Assembly (NCBI GenBank): GCA_040289385.1
Contig: PSLB01000005.1
Span: 1 to 39,348, forward strand
Direction of reading: 5' to 3'
Source of the DNA: Armatimonadota bacterium
Lineage (GTDB): Bacteria > Armatimonadota > Fimbriimonadia > Fimbriimonadales > GBS-DC
DNA length: 39,348 nucleotides
Shown: one piece after another, positions 1 through 9,002 of the stretch
Layout: the number at the start of each line of letters is the position of its first letter
How positions within the stretch are numbered: the first letter of the stretch is position 1
Notes under the pieces: model-generated
Databases searched by the model: none
What the model was told of the DNA's origin: nothing
The model's input: the letters and a program-made list of their open reading frames with translations, nothing else
Translations under genes and position numbers: made by a program

Positions 1-102
1 GCCCCAGTTGAAGGCGAAGCGCCGGGCTCCCACATGGGAGGCAAGCATCCGCTCGGCGCGGGGGGAGGGGTCCAGGGCAAACCGGAAAGCCTGGTGCACC
101 AT
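1..102 (-). CDS. tnpB: TnpB RNA-guided endonuclease, IS607 type (N-terminal 34 aa only)
   Basis: Manual translation gives MVHQAFRFALDPSPRAERMLASHVGARRFAFNWG, a typical TnpB N-terminus (AxRFxLxP...GxxRFxxNWG). Its start overlaps the upstream TGA (GTGATG). Confidence 0.85.
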   Translation of the reverse strand, partial: MVHQAFRFALDPSPRAERMLASHVGARRFAFNWG

Positions 103-236
103 CACGACTCCGTCACCGCCTGCATCGCTTTTTAAGGCAGTTTGCGCGCCGGAACGGGCAGCTGACCCTTCTTCCACCAGAGCCAAGCGGTCTTGTAGGA
201 GATGCCGTTGGCGCGAGCCCAGGCGGACAGTTTCAT
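102..236 (-). pseudogene. tnpA: IS607 serine-recombinase transposase with internal deletion
   Basis: 236-132 reads MKLSAWARANGISYKTAWLWWKKGQLPVPARKLP*, the IS607 TnpA HTH. It is followed at once by KAMQAVTES*, a C-terminal-like tail. The catalytic domain is absent. Confidence 0.8.
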
Positions 237-242
237 GCGGAC

Positions 243-271
243 ATATTACCACAAACAGCCGCCGTTTTCAA
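243..271 (-). promoter_or_regulatory. Sigma70-type promoter of the IS607 element
   Basis: TTGAAA (271-266), 17 nt, TAATAT (248-243), then 6 nt to the tnpA ATG. Confidence 0.65.
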
Positions 272-298
272 CACGATGTTCAGCAGTTACGAACCCTA

Positions 299-324
299 CC
301 CTGCCCCCCACACGGGGGAGAGGG
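299..324. repeat. REP-like palindrome
   Basis: CCCTGCCCCCCACACGGGGGAGAGGG resembles the palindrome at 27495-27516. Confidence 0.45.
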
Positions 325-715
325 TTACACCTGTTCCCTTCCCCTTGACGAGGGAGAGTCAGGGGGGACAGGTGGCAAATGCGCTAAAACTGATGCACCT
401 GCCAGGCCGGTTGTTGCCTTGTTCGGTAGGGGTCATGGGTGTGAGCGTGCGTTCCCTCACGGGGGTGCGCGCGGGTTTTGTTTGGGTTGGGCGTCGTTGC
501 CAGCATCGCGTGCCTCCGTCTGTGTAGGGGAGGATTCGCGAGGGGCGGGCAGATTCCTGCTTTAATCTGAAGGACGAAGCGAAGCGCAGGTCAGAGAGTG
601 GGATTCTGTATTAGCCGTCGGGGGCCTTGAGTTTTCGGCATCTTTGGGTGGGAGGTGAGCGAAGGGTGTCTGAGAATATCGGCAAGGCTTGTTAGCCATA
701 CGGTACAATATCTGC

Positions 716-2221
716 GTGCGCAAGGTGCTGATAGCCAACCGTGGCGAGATTGCCCGCCGCATCATCACTGCTTGTCACGAGCTGGGGCTCCGAACCGTCG
801 CGGTCTATTCAGAAGCAGATCGCGAGGCGCCCTTCGTTTACGAGGCAGATGAGGCGTACCTGCTGGGCCCTGCTCCTGCCACAGAAAGCTATCTTGCGAT
901 CGATAAAATTCTGGAGATAGCCCATCGTTCGGGCGCAGAGGCGATCCATCCTGGCTACGGGTTCCTTTCGGAGAACCCCGACTTTGCGCAGGCTTGTGAG
1001 GCGGCTGGGATTCGATTCATCGGTCCACGTGCGGAAGTGATTCGTCTGTTGGGCGACAAAGGGCGTGCGAAACAGATTGCACAACAAAACGGCATCCCCA
1101 CCGTGCCCGGTTTCACGCCCACCGAACCGATGGACGCGCCGTCGCTGTTGGAGCAGGCACGCCGAATTGGCTTCCCCGTTTTACTCAAAGCGGTGGCGGG
1201 CGGCGGGGGCAAAGGGATGCGCACCGTATGGGAAGAATCGGAGTTCCTTCCCGCAGTAGAGAGTGCCCAGCGCGAGGCGCTCTCCGCCTTCGGTGACCCC
1301 CGCCTGATGCTGGAACGCTATATCCCACGCCCACGCCATGTGGAAGTGCAGATTGTCGGGGACACCTACGGCACGGTAATCCACCTCTTTGAGCGCGAGT
1401 GTAGTATCCAGCGACGCCACCAAAAAATCGTCGAAGAAAGCCCCTCCCCCGTACTCGACCCGGCAACTCGAGAGGCACTCACTGCCAGCGCAGTCAAGCT
1501 GGCACAGGCTGTGGGCTATACTAACGCAGGCACGGTCGAGTTTCTAATTGAGGAGGCTCCAGACGGCTTGCGCTTCTACTTTCTGGAGGTCAACACACGC
1601 CTGCAAGTGGAACATCCCGTTACGGAGATGGTGACAGGCATCGACCTGGTGCATCTCCAACTTTGGATAGCGGAAGGTCACCCCTTCTTCCTCACCCAAG
1701 AAGCGATTCGTCAACGAGGACACGCCATCGAAGCACGCCTCTATGCAGAAGACCCCACCAACGCCTTTGCTCCCTCACTGGGCACAATAAAGGCTTGGGA
1801 ACTCCCCAATCTGCCCCATGTGCGATTCGACACGGGGGTGACTATGGGCACGACGATTACGCACCACTACGACCCGATGATTGCTAAGGTGATTGCTTGG
1901 AGCGCCGACCGCACCACAGCCATACAGCGTTTAGCCCACGCGCTGAAACAAACCACAATTCTGGGTGTGCGGACCAATCTAGGCTTCTTGATTGACCTCC
2001 TACACCATCCCGATTTTGTGGCGGGAAGGCTTCATACAGGCTTTCTGTCTGAGCATGCGCTGACTGGCGAGCCGTCGGAAGTCCCTCTGCCTGTCCTGTG
2101 CGCTCTGGGATTAGCCGAGACGCTCGTACGCCCGACACGCCCAACACGCGTCAACACCGATGAACCTGCCATCGCCGATCCTTGGCAGACCATCGGAGCG
2201 TGGCAGATCGGAGGGTCATAA
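716..2221 (+). CDS. Biotin carboxylase (acyl-CoA carboxylase alpha-type subunit, no biotinyl domain)
   Basis: KVLIANRGEIA, HPGYGFLSEN, GGGGKGM, ERECSIQRRHQK and EVNTRLQVEH motifs. Start reassigned to GTG 716, 6 nt after TACAAT. Confidence 0.93.
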   Translation: MRKVLIANRGEIARRIITACHELGLRTVAVYSEADREAPFVYEADEAYLLGPAPATESYLAIDKILEIAHRSGAEAIHPGYGFLSENPDFAQACEAAGIRFIGPRAEVIRLLGDKGRAKQIAQQNGIPTVPGFTPTEPMDAPSLLEQARRIGFPVLLKAVAGGGGKGMRTVWEESEFLPAVESAQREALSAFGDPRLMLERYIPRPRHVEVQIVGDTYGTVIHLFERECSIQRRHQKIVEESPSPVLDPATREALTASAVKLAQAVGYTNAGTVEFLIEEAPDGLRFYFLEVNTRLQVEHPVTEMVTGIDLVHLQLWIAEGHPFFLTQEAIRQRGHAIEARLYAEDPTNAFAPSLGTIKAWELPNLPHVRFDTGVTMGTTITHHYDPMIAKVIAWSADRTTAIQRLAHALKQTTILGVRTNLGFLIDLLHHPDFVAGRLHTGFLSEHALTGEPSEVPLPVLCALGLAETLVRPTRPTRVNTDEPAIADPWQTIGAWQIGGS

Positions 2222-2225
2222 AGTC

Positions 2226-4412
2226 ATGCACCAGCTGAAACTGCTATCAGAGGAAACCCCTTCGGAGCCAACGCCCCTCACAGTGGAATCGCTCCTGTTT
2301 GGGCATGACCCTACCCCGCACCTCATCGCAGTGGAGGCGATTGGCGGACTAATCCGACTCTATCGGCGCGAGGGCGGCCGGCTCATTACCGAAGAGGAAC
2401 CTTTTGAACCGTGGCTTCTCAGTGACCAAAAGATGGAGATGCCCGATGTGCACTGGCAAGCACTGGAAGGCGACTTCGGTGCGCGTCCCACTTTGCGCTA
2501 TCTCGCACGCTGTTCCCATCGTGAGGCATTCGATACACTCCGACGCGCCCTTCGCGAAGCGCATCGCGAAATTTTAGCCTTCGGAAGCCTGCCACGCCAA
2601 TACCTGATGCTGTTGGGCAAGACCCTCTTCAAAGGAATGGCGTTCAATGACCTTCGCCGCCTCCAACTCGACATCGAAACCAGCACGCTCACCAGCGATC
2701 AGGCAGAGTCGCAAATTTTGATGATTGCCCTCAGTGACAATCGGGGCTACGAGGAGATTTTGGAAGGGGATGAGGCGACGCTCCTCAATACGCTTACCGA
2801 ACGCATCGTGCAGTTAGACCCCGATGTGATCGAGGGACACAATCTTTTTGGGTTCGACCTGCCCTATTTGTATCGGCGTGCACAGGAGTTGGGCATCGCA
2901 TTAGCCTGGGGGCGCGACGGATCGGTGCTACGGTTCGGAAGCCCACGCGCATGTGTTATCGGAGCCAACAACCGTACCTTCACCCCAGCTTTCGTTCACG
3001 GACGCCATCTGCTTGACACCTACCTTGCTGTCCAGCGATTCGATATCTGGCGAGGCGACCTCGAAAGCTACGGACTAAAAGAATCGGCGCAACAGCTCGG
3101 CATCGCTTCGGAGGAGCGAATCTATCTGGAGCGCCAGCAAATCCCTCATCTTTGGCGTACCGACCCCGACACCGTGCGCCGTTATTGCCTGCAGGATGTC
3201 CATGAAACACGCTTGCTGGCGGAACTGGTCTTACCCACCGAGTTCTATCAGTGCCAAATGCTTCCCGACACGCTCCAGAATCTGGCGACCATCGGCACGG
3301 GCGAGAAGGCGAACCTGCTGTTTGTGCGTGCTTACCTGATGCAAGGACATGCGGTGCCCACGCCAGAGCCACCGCGCGACTACCCCGGTGGGTATACCGA
3401 GGTGCGGTTCGTGGGGCGTATCGAACATGTGGTCAAAGCCGATGTGGAAAGCCTGTACCCCAGCGTGATGTTGTATTACCGCATCAAGCCGAAGGTAGAC
3501 ACCCTCGATGTGTTTCTGCCGTTGTTGGCAGAACTGCGTCAGCGCCGACTGGATGCTAAAACGCGCGCTCGCGCCACCATCGGCACTGAATCGGCATATT
3601 GGGACGGTCTACAAGGCTCGTTCAAGATCCTGATTAACTCATTTTATGGCTATTTGGGGGCTCCGTTTCATTTCAACGATTACGATGCAGCAGAGGCGGT
3701 AACGCTCAAGGGTCAGGAGTTGGTCAAACAGATTGCCCAGCAGATAGAAGCACTCGGCGGTCGCGTCATCGAAATCGATACCGATGGAGTCTACTTTCAG
3801 CCGCCCCCCCATGGGCAGACCGAAGATCAAGAGCGTGTGTTTGTAGAGACGGTGGGCGCCATTCTGCCCGAAGGCATTCGTCTGGTTCAAGATGGACGCT
3901 ATGCCGTGATGCTCTCCCTGAAAACCAAGAACTATGTGTTGTTGAGCTACGATGGAAAGCGCATCTTTAAGGGAGCTTCTCTCCGCTCACGCGCCGATGA
4001 ACGGTTCGGACGCGAGTTCATCACCCGTGCCGTCGAATGGCTTCTGATGAACAAGCCCGAACAGGTTCCGCAAGAGTATCTCCGATTGGCACACGCCCTG
4101 CTCAACAGAGAAGTGCCTATCGAAGACCTTTGCCGACGCGAACGAATCACCGAAAAGAGCAAACTGCCCCACCATCCCCTGCGTAACCTGGCATCCCGGT
4201 TTCAGGTAGGCGACTACATCATGGTCTATCGTAAGCGTGACGGCACGCTGGGACTTCTTGAAGAGTATGCAAACGACGCCGATGTCGAGCACTATGTCGA
4301 GAAGCTCTACAAGTTTGCTCAACGCTTGGAACCCCTCTTCCCTGATTTTGAGCGTGCGTTTCCCAAGCCCCAAATGCTGATTCACTCTGCCAATCAGCCC
4401 AGCTTGTTTTAG
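2226..4412 (+). CDS. polB: Family-B DNA polymerase with 3'-5' exonuclease
   Basis: Exo motifs DIET, HNLFGFD and YCLQD; polymerase motifs DVESLYPS, KILINSFYG and DTDG; C-terminal QPSLF. Confidence 0.92.
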   Translation: MHQLKLLSEETPSEPTPLTVESLLFGHDPTPHLIAVEAIGGLIRLYRREGGRLITEEEPFEPWLLSDQKMEMPDVHWQALEGDFGARPTLRYLARCSHREAFDTLRRALREAHREILAFGSLPRQYLMLLGKTLFKGMAFNDLRRLQLDIETSTLTSDQAESQILMIALSDNRGYEEILEGDEATLLNTLTERIVQLDPDVIEGHNLFGFDLPYLYRRAQELGIALAWGRDGSVLRFGSPRACVIGANNRTFTPAFVHGRHLLDTYLAVQRFDIWRGDLESYGLKESAQQLGIASEERIYLERQQIPHLWRTDPDTVRRYCLQDVHETRLLAELVLPTEFYQCQMLPDTLQNLATIGTGEKANLLFVRAYLMQGHAVPTPEPPRDYPGGYTEVRFVGRIEHVVKADVESLYPSVMLYYRIKPKVDTLDVFLPLLAELRQRRLDAKTRARATIGTESAYWDGLQGSFKILINSFYGYLGAPFHFNDYDAAEAVTLKGQELVKQIAQQIEALGGRVIEIDTDGVYFQPPPHGQTEDQERVFVETVGAILPEGIRLVQDGRYAVMLSLKTKNYVLLSYDGKRIFKGASLRSRADERFGREFITRAVEWLLMNKPEQVPQEYLRLAHALLNREVPIEDLCRRERITEKSKLPHHPLRNLASRFQVGDYIMVYRKRDGTLGLLEEYANDADVEHYVEKLYKFAQRLEPLFPDFERAFPKPQMLIHSANQPSLF

Positions 4413-4421
4413 AAGGTCGCT

Positions 4422-4664
4422 CTATAACACCAGCGGGACCACCCAAACGCTGAGCCAGTCAGCGCGATAGGGAAGACTCCCGCCATAGTAGTAGGGGCGC
4501 AACACTTCCAAATCCCATACAAACAGGAGGCGTGGAATGTAGGCGAAAAACCGCTCCCGCCCGCCCGTCTCGACCTGTGAACGCCACTGAGCGTGCCCAA
4601 TCGCCCCAAACAGATTCTGAAGCATATCGTGCCCCGCGAACACGGCGCCCGTCACCATCACCAC
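4422..4664 (-). pseudogene. Possible short or remnant ORF of unknown function
   Basis: 80-aa ORF with a protein-like C-terminal part (YIPRLLFVWDLEVLRPYYYGG). No recognisable family and no clear RBS. Confidence 0.2.
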
Positions 4665-4712
4665 ATTCGGGTATAATCTGGGAGACGGTGAAATTTTTCA
4701 CGGAGGCTCGCT

Positions 4713-5867
4713 ATGAATGTGGAGTTTATTATCGGGCGCGAACTGATGCCCCTCTATGAAAAAGTCGTTCAGGGAGAACGGCTCTCCTACGAGGATGGGT
4801 TGACCCTCTACCGCACTCCTAACCTCACAGGAGTCGGCTATTTAGCCAATCTTGTGCGCGAACGCCTGCACGGCAATCGTGCCTACTACATTCGCAACCA
4901 ACACATCAACTACACCAACATCTGCAACAAGGGATGCAAGTTTTGTTCCTTCTATGCGAAGAAGGGCGGTCCCAAGCCCTACACGCTGACAATGGACGAG
5001 GTGCGCGAGCGTCTGCGTGCCTACCGACATGTGCCCATTACGGAGGTTCATATTGTAGGGGGGGTTAACCCGCACCTGCCGTATGCCTACTATTTAGACC
5101 TAATCCGAACCGTCAAGGAGGAGCGCCCCGATGTGCACATCAAAGCTTTCACTGCTGTCGAATGGGAAGAGATTGCCCGTGTAGCGCGCAAACCACTTGC
5201 CGAGGTGCTTGCGGAAATGAAGGAAGCAGGGTTAGGGAGTGTGCCCGGTGGGGGGATCGAAGTGCTGAGCGATCGGATTCACGCCGAGCTGTTCCCCAAA
5301 AAGATTAGTGGCGCACGCTGGATGGCGATTGCGCGCGAGATCGCCCGTGCCGGTCTCAAACAATACGCCACACTGCTCTACGGAATGGGTGAAACCATCG
5401 AAGAGCGGGTGGATCACTTCGTTCGCCTGCGGGACCTGCAAGATGAAACAGGACACTTTTTGGCAATGACTCCCCTGGCATTCCACCCCGAGGGCACCGA
5501 GATGGAACATCTCCCCCACACCTCAGGAGAGGACGATCTGCGCAATATTGCCATCGCTCGCTTGATGCTCGATAACTTCCCGCACATCAAATCGTTCTGG
5601 ATTATGAATACGCCGGCGATTACCCAAATTGCTCTTTGGTATGGCGCCGACGATGTGGACGGTACGGTACACGAGTATGAGATTGTCTATCAAGACGATG
5701 CGCCTGGGGTGCGTCAGCAGGTGTTGACCCGCAAAGTCCTGATTCGGTTGATTCAGGATGTGGGACGTGAACCTGTGGAGCGCGATAGCCTCTACAACAT
5801 CGTTCACCGTCCCGACGCAGAGCCAGAGACACCCCACTCCCTCCGTCTCCTGCCAGTGGTGGTGTGA
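4713..5867 (+). CDS. mqnE: Aminofutalosine synthase (radical SAM, futalosine menaquinone pathway)
   Basis: HINYTNICNKGCKFC CxxxCxxC motif, HIKAFTAVE and NFPHIKSFWIM; GGAGG RBS; upstream GGTATAAT. Confidence 0.85.
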   Translation: MNVEFIIGRELMPLYEKVVQGERLSYEDGLTLYRTPNLTGVGYLANLVRERLHGNRAYYIRNQHINYTNICNKGCKFCSFYAKKGGPKPYTLTMDEVRERLRAYRHVPITEVHIVGGVNPHLPYAYYLDLIRTVKEERPDVHIKAFTAVEWEEIARVARKPLAEVLAEMKEAGLGSVPGGGIEVLSDRIHAELFPKKISGARWMAIAREIARAGLKQYATLLYGMGETIEERVDHFVRLRDLQDETGHFLAMTPLAFHPEGTEMEHLPHTSGEDDLRNIAIARLMLDNFPHIKSFWIMNTPAITQIALWYGADDVDGTVHEYEIVYQDDAPGVRQQVLTRKVLIRLIQDVGREPVERDSLYNIVHRPDAEPETPHSLRLLPVVV

Positions 5868-5872
5868 GGTGC

Positions 5873-6778
5873 TTATCCCTCCACTGCAAGGCGATCGCCC
5901 TGAAGCGTAATGCGGAAAGTGCGTTCTATTGCGCCCAGCGTGTCTAACATAGCCGGCACGTGCGGCGCCAAGAGCATCATCAGCTCGCGCTCGACGGTGC
6001 GTTCCAGTTCGCGCGCACCATATCGCTCGTTGTCACCCTTTTGCACCAACCAGTCTGCCGATCCGAAGAAATACTCTGCCAAAACGCGCGCCGTCTCGGT
6101 CTTGCCGACTCCTGTCGGTCCGATGAACAGAAACACACCGTTCGGGCATTCTGGACGCAGGTCTAAGCGACGAATCCTCAGACTAAAGATTTGAACCAGC
6201 GTCTCGATAGCGTGGTCTTGACCGATGATACGCTGTTTGAGGGCACTTTCCAGCCCCTTGATGCGTTTCAGCATCGAGCTACCCTTCCAGTCCCACCAAT
6301 ACCGCATAGAGGGTGATCGATCGGCAGAGAATTTCCACAAGTTGGCTGATCTCTGCGTCACGCCCGACCCCATGGGGAAGATTGCCTGCTTGCGCCTGTT
6401 CAATCAGTTTCAGCCCGAGCTTGCTCAGGAGGCTATCCGCTGGCTGTGCCCCGATCCCACGCAGAGTCAGCAGTACCCGCCCAATATGCATCGAGTCGAT
6501 AGCCGATTCGCCCTCCTCCTGAGTGACCAGCGAAGCATTGGCCAGCACTTCCTCCACCGACTTAGCATACTGGGTGTCTTGGGTTGCGATTTCGTTCTCA
6601 ACAGCCTGTCGGAGGCTTCGACATCGGGGGCAATCTAGAAAAGCATCGGGGCGTGGCGTTCCAAAAAGACGGGGAGCAGGTGGCGTGCATCTGGAGCGTT
6701 GGGGGATGCGCGCGCCACAGCCAGCTCCAGAAGCCGATGCGCTCCCTTCGTCAGCTGAATCGATGCTCTTTGAAACAT
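5873..6778 (-). pseudogene. Heavily deleted Clp/Hsp100 (ClpB/ClpC-type) ATPase remnant
   Basis: Fragments occur in the native order: Clp-N-like start (ATG 6778), GRDAEISQLVEIL...VLVG (start of D1) then a stop, LESALKQRIIGQDHAI...GPTGVGKTE (D2 Walker A), and YGARELER (D2-small). About 900 nt versus about 2.4 kb for an intact gene. Confidence 0.85.
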
Positions 6779-6796
6779 GGCTGAAGTATACCCGTA

Positions 6797-8164
6797 TCAG
6801 CGTCGGACTTGCTTGCGAACCGTCTGATCCAGCCAATCGGCAATCACCTGGAGGGCCGACTCGTTGAAGGTCTCTTCTATCTGGGTATATTCGGTGGGCA
6901 GCCCCGTAGCGGCTTTTTGAAATAGGTGGTTAAGGTTGGGCAGGCGTCGGATTGTGAAGTGGCGATTGCCCCCTTCCTTGAGCGCACGCTCGATTGCGGG
7001 AAGGTTCTGTTCAGGGTCTACCTGCAGGTCGCGCTCACCGTTGAGCACCAGTACTGGACAGCGTACCTGCCGAAGATAGGGAGCAGGGTCTAAAGTCACG
7101 AAGGTTCGGAACCATGGGCTGGTGTAGGCTTTGGCTTGCTCGCGAATTGCCGTTTTTTGGGCATCGTTGAGCGTGCCCCTGTTTGGCAAATTTTCAAGTA
7201 GGATCTGGTAGATCTGATCACTGGCGGTGTCGTTATTAGGCTCGCGCTTGAGAATCTCGAACACACGCTCCTGCAGTTTGCGATTACGCTCGATAAGCGG
7301 CTGGGGCACGCCCGATTTCTGGGCGATCAGCTCTGCCTGACGATACAAGATTTGCTCGCCTGGCACCCCTGTGCCCGCCAGCAGAATGGCGAAGGCAATC
7401 TCTTTGGGAGCTTTCGCACATGCAAGCGTTGCCACCAAGGCGCCTTCGCTGTGCCCCAGTACCCCAATGCATCGACGATCGATCTCACTACGCTTTTTGA
7501 GGTAAGCCACCCCAGAAAGCAGGTCGCCCACAAAATCGAGCGTAGTGGCATTGCGCATCTCACCCTCCGACTTGCCCACTCCCCGATCGTCCATGCGTAA
7601 GGTGGCGTATCCGCGTCGGGTCAGGTAGTCCGCAAGCACCAGAAAGGGCTTATGCTCGAAGATTGCCTGATCGCGATTCTGGGCGCCTGACCCCGTGAAA
7701 AAGACAATCGCAGGGAAAGGTGGCTTGCCTGTGGGAAGAGTGAGCGTGCCTGCAAGGCGGAATCGCTCTTGTTGATGGGGGATGACCACCTCCTCCACAC
7801 GGTACGGGAAGGGCGGTTTTGGCTCCTGTGGGCGTTTGGCTTTCGGCGGTTCGCCTGCTGTGAGGGTCAGCGGAAAGGTGTTGCCTACTTGACACCATTC
7901 GCCCTTTATCTCGCGCCCATCCTCTGAGAGCGTGCCCACAAATTCGCCATTAATCGACTCCACCGTGAGGGTAACCCGCTTGCCCTCGACGCGAACCTTA
8001 GAAAGGGCGATCCCAGTTGCGCCTTGGTCGGGGCTATCGAGCGTGCCTGTCCAAGAGCCATCGGGATTGCGCTTGAGGTGAAACACTACTCGAAGCGGTG
8101 TCTGCCCGACGCGCAGAGTGCCCCACCAACTCCCCTCTATCTGTTGTGCAAGGCGTCGTGTCAT
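6797..8164 (-). CDS. Alpha/beta-hydrolase (serine peptidase/esterase-like)
   Basis: GHSEG nucleophile motif, GSGAQNRD, DDRGVGKS, GERDLQV and LNHLFQ. ATG 8164 chosen. Confidence 0.85.
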   Translation of the reverse strand: MTRRLAQQIEGSWWGTLRVGQTPLRVVFHLKRNPDGSWTGTLDSPDQGATGIALSKVRVEGKRVTLTVESINGEFVGTLSEDGREIKGEWCQVGNTFPLTLTAGEPPKAKRPQEPKPPFPYRVEEVVIPHQQERFRLAGTLTLPTGKPPFPAIVFFTGSGAQNRDQAIFEHKPFLVLADYLTRRGYATLRMDDRGVGKSEGEMRNATTLDFVGDLLSGVAYLKKRSEIDRRCIGVLGHSEGALVATLACAKAPKEIAFAILLAGTGVPGEQILYRQAELIAQKSGVPQPLIERNRKLQERVFEILKREPNNDTASDQIYQILLENLPNRGTLNDAQKTAIREQAKAYTSPWFRTFVTLDPAPYLRQVRCPVLVLNGERDLQVDPEQNLPAIERALKEGGNRHFTIRRLPNLNHLFQKAATGLPTEYTQIEETFNESALQVIADWLDQTVRKQVRR

Positions 8165-8275
8165 AACGGCGCAATTGTACCCTCTCACTAGCTCACAGAA
8201 CGCCTTGCCGCCAGGAGAACCCTGGCTTATGGGGAGCGCCTCGCAATCAAAACTACACTTGTGGTGCGAGGTGTC

Positions 8276-8757
8276 TTACTTCTTCTGCACTTTGTGCTGA
8301 ATATCCGACCACAACTCAGGACTCCATTCCAGAAGCAGATAGGGGCGAGGCGCGTCCTCTTCATCAGGCTCAATAAACTTCAGCGCCTGTTTCAGTGCAT
8401 CCCGCCCCAGGTGACGCCAGTCCCGAACCCGTGTGCCGATTGGAAGATCGACCAGCACTTCCAAGGCGGTTTTGCCGATACTCTCTTAGGAGAGCAGTCG
8501 AAGATGTCGGTTCCGACGAGATAGTTGTGGGTTATCATCACCTCGCCGTTACGCCCAACAAAGTAGGTGATGCTGTCTTCTCTAACGATGACATTGGGTT
8601 CGTAATTTGGCGTCGGCAGGCGATGGATTTGTTGTTGCGTTTGGAAGATGCGCAATTGCCATTCTGGAACCACTTTGATAATCTCGATATTCCAGACGAA
8701 GGTGAGGTTCTCCGAAACGCGCTCGTACCTATCGTAGGAAGAGCCCTTCCTGCGCAC
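8276..8757 (-). pseudogene. Probable frameshifted gene of unknown function
   Basis: Two overlapping protein-like ORFs in different frames (8392-8757 and 8276-8464) with a break near 8480. No family recognised. Confidence 0.3.
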
Positions 8758-8828
8758 CTTTTGGAGGCAGAACCGTTTTTAGACGGTGACGGAAATAGGG
8801 TATACTATAGGCGGAGGCTACGAAGACA

Positions 8829-9002
8829 ATGCCGATTCTGGGATATATGGGCACACAAGAGTGGATGATTCTATTGTTGATCGTGCTGGTGCTGTTTGGC
8901 GCCTCGCGATTACCTGCATTAGCCCGCTCTATCGGTGAGGCACTGACCGAGTTCCGCCGTGCCACTCGTACCGAAGACGAGACGGAGCAGACACATAAGT
9001 GA
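8829..9002 (+). CDS. tatA: Twin-arginine translocase TatA/E subunit (57 aa, absent from the ORF track)
   Basis: MPILGYMGTQEWMILLLIVLVLFGASRLPALARSIGEALTEFRRAT...: TM helix, FG hinge and amphipathic helix. GGAGG RBS and GGTATACT upstream. Confidence 0.9.
   Translation: MPILGYMGTQEWMILLLIVLVLFGASRLPALARSIGEALTEFRRATRTEDETEQTHK

Larger units (their letters stand above)
1..296 (-). mobile_element. Left part of an IS607-family element (deleted tnpA plus 5' end of tnpB), running off the window start
   Basis: The minus strand carries a tnpA N-terminus, a tnpA-like C-terminal tail and the tnpB start. The left boundary is placed tentatively at GGG 294-296 (minus) because IS607 elements recombine at GG. 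Confidence 0.75.

Noticed and set aside
8-565. 185-aa plus-strand ORF
   Set aside because: It is antisense to the recognisable tnpA/tnpB and crosses repeat DNA, with no protein-like features.
4713-5867. Radical SAM enzyme as the RiPP maturase for the PqqD protein
   Set aside because: Its motifs match MqnE, it has no SPASM domain and it is not in that operon.
8395-8868. 157-aa plus-strand ORF
   Set aside because: It overlaps the tatA promoter and start, and the opposite strand looks more protein-like.
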